Assembly (NCBI RefSeq): GCF_000143415.4 | Contig: NW_003314321.1 | Location: 878,236 to 942,235 of the forward strand | Direction of reading: 5' to 3' | Origin: Selaginella moellendorffii | Taxonomy: Eukaryota; Plantae; Lycopodiophyta | Length of the DNA: 64,000 nt | Shown: positions 57,847 to 64,000 of the stretch, in pieces | Layout: each line of letters starts with the position of its first letter | Numbering within the stretch: the stretch's first letter is position 1 | The notes under the pieces: model-generated | Told to the model about the DNA's origin: nothing | The model's database searches: none | The model's input: the letters and a program-made list of their open reading frames with translations, nothing else | Position numbers and translations under genes: made by a program

Positions 57847-59861
57847 TGTAAGCGACTAATTTTTCCATTTTACTTTAGTCACTTAACTGCACCTCCGACC
57901 ACTTGGAGGAGTCTCATTCACAACCTCCATAAGTCCCAGTTAGGACTTGGGGCTTGCCAGCCCTGAGAATGGCATCCATGCCACTCAACCTTTGCACTTG
58001 GTCCAAGTGCTCCATGTGTCCGATCCCATGACCGACACCCCAAGGTACCACCGACATACCAGCCCGTTATGCTAGGCCATGCCCATACACCTTGGTCACA
58101 CCAGTGGTCTAACGCCACCTGCATCATAATCCCGTCTCTCAAAGACTGGGCCGTCTGTCCATGAGCGATCATCCCAGATCTACTCCTTAGCATCCTTAGG
58201 ATGCCCGCAAACATGGGGACTAGCCTTCCCCGACAACTCTTTTCCAGTCCCCACCAAGTCCCTTTTAGTCTATGGCCATGTTCGCCAACACTGCCACTGG
58301 ATCAAGGCCCGCAAGCCTGACCGCTAAGTCCCACTATCCTTTGGGACTTCCTCACCATGTGACCGTATCCTTGGTCACTGCATTAGAGGCTTACTCCTCT
58401 TCCCTTTCACCGTTTAGGACTTTGGGACAACATTTCGGAACACCGTGGCCTTACGCAAGCCTCATGGGTACTCTCCCCGCCTTTCGCCTTTAGGTGCTCT
58501 AGCTATGGGCTTAGAGCGAGGTTCCGTTGAGCCATGACAGGTATCCAAGTAGGTAGTGCCACCCACACTTGGACTGAGAGCATCGGCCAGTCGATCTCCT
58601 GGGGGAACTAGAGCCGGCTCTTGAACACTTCACCAAGCTACCCCGCTTGTCGGTCCGTGTTCACTCTAGTCTTGGACTTCCCAGTGGGCAGCTCATCACC
58701 CAACACTAGGTCCGGCCTTCCTGGGCCAAACTGGCCTTTCCTGGCCAAACTGGCTCCACTGCAGTCCTCCCCCTACTATACTTTTGGAGCTCACCAAACC
58801 CCCCAGGGTCTGGGAGACGAATGCTTTGGGCTTTCACCCTCTCAGACTCAGACTCGGACTCGGACTCGGACTCGGACTCGGACTCGGACTCGGACTCGGA
58901 CTCGGACTCGGACTCGGACTCGGACTCGGACTCGGACTCGGACTCGGACTCGGACTCGGACTCGGACTCGGACTCGGACTCGGCCTCGGCCTCGGCCTCG
59001 GGCTCGGGCTCGGGCTCGGACTCGGCCTCGGCCTCGGACTCGGGCTCGGACTCGGCCTCGGCCTCGGACTCGGACTCGGGCTCGGGCTCGGGCTCGGTCT
59101 CGGCCTCGGCCTCGGTCTTGGTCTCGGTCCCGATCTCGGTCTCAGTCTCGGTCCCGGTCTTGGTCCCGGTCTCGGTCTCGACTTCGGACTCCATCTCGGG
59201 TCCATCTCGGACTCCATCTCGGACTCCATCTCGGGTCCATCTCGGACTCCATCTCGGGTCCATCTCGGGTCCATCTCAGACTCCATCTCGGGTCCATCTT
59301 GGGTCCATCTCGAACTCCATTTCGGGTCCATCTCGGACTCCATCTTGGGTCCATCTCGGACTCCATCTCGGACTCCATCTCAGGTCCATCTTGGGTCCAT
59401 CTCGGACTCCATCTCGGCTCCATTTTGGGTCCATCTCGAACTCCATCTTGGGTCCGTCTTGGACTCAATCTCGGATCCACCTCGGGTCCACCTCGGACTC
59501 CACCTCGGACTCCATCTCGGGGTCCTTCTCGGACTCTACTTCGGACTCCACTTTGGACTCCAACTCGGGGTCCTTCTCGGACTCCACTTTGGATTCCACT
59601 TTGGACTCCAACTCGGGTCCATCTCGAACACTTCTATGTGTCATGTGTTAGTCCTTTTTGGGTCCCTTTTTGGAGCCTTGCTTATGGCTCGCTTCGTACT
59701 CATTCCTCAAGCACTTTGTTAGGGGTTCCACTCCCGCTCTTGACCTTTCAAGGCGGAGCTTTTAGTCGAAACGTGTTACGCTTGTTTGGCTTTCACTTCG
59801 GCCATTGCCTCGTGGTGCCCCTCCGGCTCTACTTTGGGGCCTAGGGATTTTGTGTCTCACA
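57847..59861 (-). mobile_element. Solo LTR (2015 bp), related to the family B LTR, inserted antisense in family B gag
   Basis: TG..CA termini; 5-bp TSD atgca/atgcg; left end resembles the reverse complement of the LTR-B 3' end; shared block gtgaaagcccaaagc..tccaaaagtatagtaggg; empty site visible at ~60700. Confidence 0.9.
58841..59630. repeat. Hexamer microsatellite (GACTCG)n, about 22 perfect units, grading into variant hexamers and 11-12-nt GG(A/G)(C)TCCATCTC units
   Basis: Read directly from the sequence; lies inside the solo LTR. Confidence 0.97.
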
Positions 59862-60545
59862 ATGCGGTGGAACCCGACCAACTACACGGAAGCGTTGGAT
59901 GCGGCCATCAAGGTGCATTTCAACGATAACCTGCGAAAGGGAAACACGACGGGGTTGGGGTCCATGTTTAGCAAAGGGGCCAAACCAAGGGGAACGTATA
60001 GCCAAGGGAAATTCAAGAAGAGTTTCTCTAAGAATGAGTCCTCGGGGTTCCGGAAAGGCAAATCCGGTGGCTAGCGAGTGAGTATGTGGGGGAGTCAAGC
60101 GAAAAGATACAAACCCACGGATAAGAAGGTCAAGTCGTATAGCAGCATGGGAAACAACGTATGCTACAACTGCGGTGAAGCGGGACACTTTTCAAGGGAA
60201 TGTCCCTACTTGAAGAAGGCCAAAGCCAATATGGCCATCAAGTCGGGTGAAGTCCAAACTGAGGTATGTGATCCAGTGCCTAACTCAAAGTTACTCATTA
60301 CACGAGCAACTTTGGTAGAGAGTCGTTCGCGACATCTACTAGCCCTCCGAGGGAAGCTCGGAGGTAGCTTTGTTAAGATCCTTATTGACACGGGTGCGTC
60401 GGATAATTTTGTAGCTGTAGACATAATCCGGCAAACCGGACTAACGGTGCAGTGGCTAGGTGAACCAAGGACTATAGAGTTTGTTCAAAGTAGCCAAAGC
60501 ACCAATGAGGTACTTCGACAAGCAAGAGTCGAAGTAGGGACGAAG

Positions 60546-61380
60546 TAAGAGACAAGCTGAGTAGGCTGAAGCAGACTGGAACCATTCAAGAGTATGTGAA
60601 TGGGTTCATGGCAAAGAGGATACTTGTCATGGACATGGGGGATATGGATGCGTTCCATGCCTTCATATTAGGTTTGCAAACCTGGGCTCGCGGTGAGGTG
60701 ATGCGGTAGAACCCGACCAACTACACGGAAGCGTTGGATGCGGCCATCAAGGTGCATTTCAACGATAACTTGCGAAAGGGAAACATGACGGGGTCGGGGT
60801 CCACGTTTAGCAAAGGGGCCAAACCAAGGGGAACGTATAGCCGAGGGAAATTCAAGAAGAGTTTCTCTAAGAATGAGTCCTCGGGGTTCTGGAAAGGCAA
60901 ATCCAGTGGCCAGCGAGCGAGTACGTGGGGGAGTCAAGTGAAAAGATACAAACCCACAGATAAGAAGGTCAAGTCATATAGCAGCGTGGGAAACAACGTA
61001 TGCTACAACTGCAGTGAAGCGGGACACTTTTCAAGGGAATATCCCTACCCGAAGAAGGCCAGAGCCAATATGGCCATCAAGTCGGGTGAAGTCCAAACTG
61101 AGGTATGTGATCTAGTCCCTAACTCAAAGTTACTCATTACACGAGCAACTTTGGTAGAGAGTTGTTCGCGACATCTACTAGCCCTCTGAGGGAAGCTCGG
61201 AGGTAGCTTTGTTAAGATCTTTATTAACACGGGTGCTTCGGATAATTTTGTAGTTGCAGACATAGTCCGGTAAGCCGGATTAACGGTGCAGTGGCTAGGT
61301 GAACCAAGGACTATAGAGTTTGTTCAAGGTAGCCAAAGCACCAATGAGGTACTTCGACAAGCAAGAGTCGAAGTAGGGAC
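60546..61380 (+). repeat. 835-bp tandem duplication of the gag-protease segment of family B
   Basis: Repeats 57687..57846 plus 59867..60541. Confidence 0.9.
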
Positions 61381-64000
61381 TTGGAAGGTAAACATGGATT
61401 TCACCGTGTTGGACATAGCGGGATTTGACGTGATCTTTAGAATGGATTGGTTCAATCAGTTCGTGGTAGCCCTGCATGGACAAGGTAGAAACCTTGTGGT
61501 ACTGGCGAATGCCCAAGGAAGAAGATCTAGGGTGAAGGCCCAGGATCTAAAGGTAGGGCAAAGCAAGGCCAAAGATTCCTGCTTAAACCTGGTGTCCACG
61601 AGAGGACAACTCACTAAAGGAACTAAGGTAGCATTTTTGTGCTTACTCTCGGTGAAGAGTGATAAAAAGACAGAAATGGAAGAAGTACCTTTAGTGATCC
61701 AGCAGGTGTTTGACCAATTCTAGGATACCATGCCGGAGGAGCTACCAGCGGGGTTGCCCCCCACACGACCGATAGAACATAAGATTGAGCTGGTCGAGGG
61801 TGTTCAGGTGGTGGTTCGTCCCCCCTATCGTTTGAACGAAAAAGAATTCAAGGAGCTCAAGTGCCAACTAGAGGAGTTAGTGGACAAAAGGTATGTCAGG
61901 TTGAGCAAGTTGCCATATGGGGCGCCGGTGTTATTTGTGAAAAAGAAAGATGGATCTATGCGCATGTGCATAGACTACCAGTTGCTCAACAAGTATACAA
62001 AGAAGAACAAGTACCCTTTGCCAAGAATTGAGGACCTGTTCGATAGGTTGAGAAAAACAAAATACTTCTCGAGGATTGACCTCAGGTCAGGATACTACCA
62101 GATCAGGGTAGCAGAGGAAGATATCGAGAAGACAACCTGTCGAACCAGGTATAGGAGCTTTGAGTTTCTAGTGATGCCCTTTGGGCTATGCAATGCGCCG
62201 GCAATGTTTTCGGCGTTGATGAACCATATCTTTGTACCCTATCTGGATCACTTTGTGGTCATCTATATCGACGACATCTTGATCTATAGCGAGATGCTAG
62301 AGGAGCATGCCGAACACTTGGTGAAGGTGTTTGAGAAACTAAGGGAACACAAACTATATGCTAAAGAGAGCAAATGTGACTTTGTTCAACAAGAGGTAAA
62401 GTTTCTCGGGCATGTGGTGGGCCAGGAGGGGCTCAAGGTGGACCCGGAGAAGGTCCAAGCGATCCAGGAATAGGAGTGACCATCGAATGTACATGAGTTG
62501 AGGGCATTCTTGGGGCTATGCAACTACTACCAAAAGTTTATCAGACACTATTCGAGAGTAGCCCTGCCCTTAACGGACCAAATAGGAAAAGAGAAGATGG
62601 TATGGACAGCAGAATGCGAGGCGGCATTCGTCCACCTCAAAGGGAAGTTGAGGAAGGCTCCCGTGTTTGCATTACCAGACTTTGGTAAGGACTTTGAGGT
62701 AGAAACAGATGCTTTGGACTTTGCATTGGGCGCAGTTTTGAAGCAAGACAACCATCCAATAGCGTTCTTCTCGAAAAAGTTGGACAAGGCTCAAAGGAAG
62801 TGGCTTGCCCACGAGAAGGAACTGTTTGCGGTGGTCAAGGCGCTCAAGGAGTGGTGACACTACCTTGGGAGACACTTCAAGATTTACACGGACAATGTGG
62901 CAACGAAACACTTCTTGTCACAGCCCGACTTGAGAGGGAAACAGGGTCGGTGGGCCAATGCCTTGGCCGAGTTTGATTGTGAGATTTTGTACAAGCCTGG
63001 GAAGAGCAACATCGTGGTAGATGCGCTGAGTCGAAAAGCGAGCTTGAAGTTGGCGATATCTAGTGCGACAGCAACCTTTTAGGACGATGTGCGGACAGCA
63101 TATGAGAACAATAGTCTAGCACAAGAAGTGTTGCTAAGGAATCTAGAGGCACGGGAAGCTCACCAAAGAGGTGAGCTGCCAACGGAAGAGAAAATGGGCT
63201 ATGCGGAACACAACGGACTCATCTATTACAAGCAAACGAGGGTGTATGTTCCAGAAGGGGAATTAAGGAAGGTAGCCTTAGAAGAGTGTCATGACGGACC
63301 TCGGCAGAGTGCCCAAGATGATAGGCTTACTCAAGAGGAAGTACCATTGGCCAGATATGGCTAAGGACGTCCAAGACTATGTAAAGACATGTCCAACATG
63401 TCAGCAGGTCAAAGCCGTGACTAAGGCTAGTAGGGGCTTGTTGCAAAGCATCCCAATTCCAGATCGTCCGTGGAAATGTCTTACGATGGACTTTATCACG
63501 GGACTCCCCCCAAGCGAGGGGTTTGATGTGATATTCGTGGTGGTGGACCAATTTTCGAAAATGGCACATTTCATACCCACCATAATGGAAGTGGATGCGG
63601 AAGGTGTGGCGAAGCTGTTCTTTGAACAAGTGGTTCGAGTGCGGGGAAGGCCGGAGGAAATCATTTCAGATCGAGATAAGATCTTCACTAGTAGGTTTTG
63701 GAGGACTCTCCTGGAACAGTATCGCACCAAGTTGAAATTCAGCACAGCCTATCACCCACAGACAGGTATTGGGTATTAAGTCAAGTTTGATGGCACTAAC
63801 ACTTCTTGACAGACGGACAAATGGAAAGGGTGAATAGGCAGCTGGAGGATTATTTGCGATGCTATGTCTCAGGAGACCAGACTGATTGGGTAAGTCATTT
63901 GGGACTTGCGGAAATGTGTTATAACAACTCACCACATTCGAGTATCGGGGTGAGTCCATGGGAAGTCATCAATGGGCGAGCTATTGAAGGTCCTGTGGAG

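Larger units (their letters stand above)
55868..64000 (+). mobile_element. Ty3/gypsy retrotransposon (family B), decayed, runs off the window end
   Basis: 5' LTR 55868..56991 (TG..CA); PBS-Met tggtatcaga; gag (CYNCGEAGHFSREC), PR (LIDTGAS), RT (YIDDILIYS), RNase H (ETDALD), INT (MDFITGLP, IISDRD, TAYHPQT); many stops. Confidence 0.93.

Noticed and set aside
58841-59630. Possible CRISPR-like array
   Set aside because: No unique spacers, plant nuclear context, no cas genes.
58621-59844. Long ORFs with (RT)n, (LG)n, (SD)n, (ES)n and (SP)n repeats, resembling Sdr adhesins or extensins
   Set aside because: They are artefacts of a stop-free hexamer repeat inside a solo LTR and are open in all six frames.

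Overview
Gene-dense eukaryotic land-plant nuclear DNA. The very short GT-AG introns (about 50-65 nt), tiny intergenic spacers and many intronless PLS-class PPR genes point to a Selaginella-like lycophyte; this is an inference. Bases 1-40.7 kb hold about 20 genes: POLAR-like, a zinc-finger/NAC-like fusion, two PPRs, DUF677, XRI1-like, a Pro/Cys-rich ferritin-like desiccation protein, ERD2, CW-type MORC, U-box/ARM E3, a PP2C pseudogene, SRPBCC/LFS-like, LrgB/PLGG1-like, a flavin amine oxidase, tRNA-Glu, a mini ALY-type RRM, an ABCF3 pseudogene, Abitram-like, a BAT1-like permease and an LRR-RLP. Bases 40.7-54.5 kb are a rearranged inverted segmental duplication (RLP tail, PPR, orphan gene, ADP-glucose-phosphorylase/GALT-like pseudogene) that also contains a complete but decayed Ty3/gypsy element and tRNA-Pro. 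Bases 54.9-64 kb are a three-level nest of LTR retrotransposons. The most unusual observations are (1) a 67-nt anticodon-less, fully base-paired tRNA-Ala-like cloverleaf with G3:U70, a B-box and a T7 terminator, just downstream of the oxidase stop codon; (2) a three-exon gene fusing three CxxxxC..(F/C)CxxxH zinc-finger-like repeats to a divergent C-terminal NAC-like domain; and (3) a secreted Cys/Pro-repeat protein fused to a PCC13-62 ferritin-like domain that has lost several conserved acidic/Tyr residues. Family calls rest on motif recognition from memory; no database search was run.
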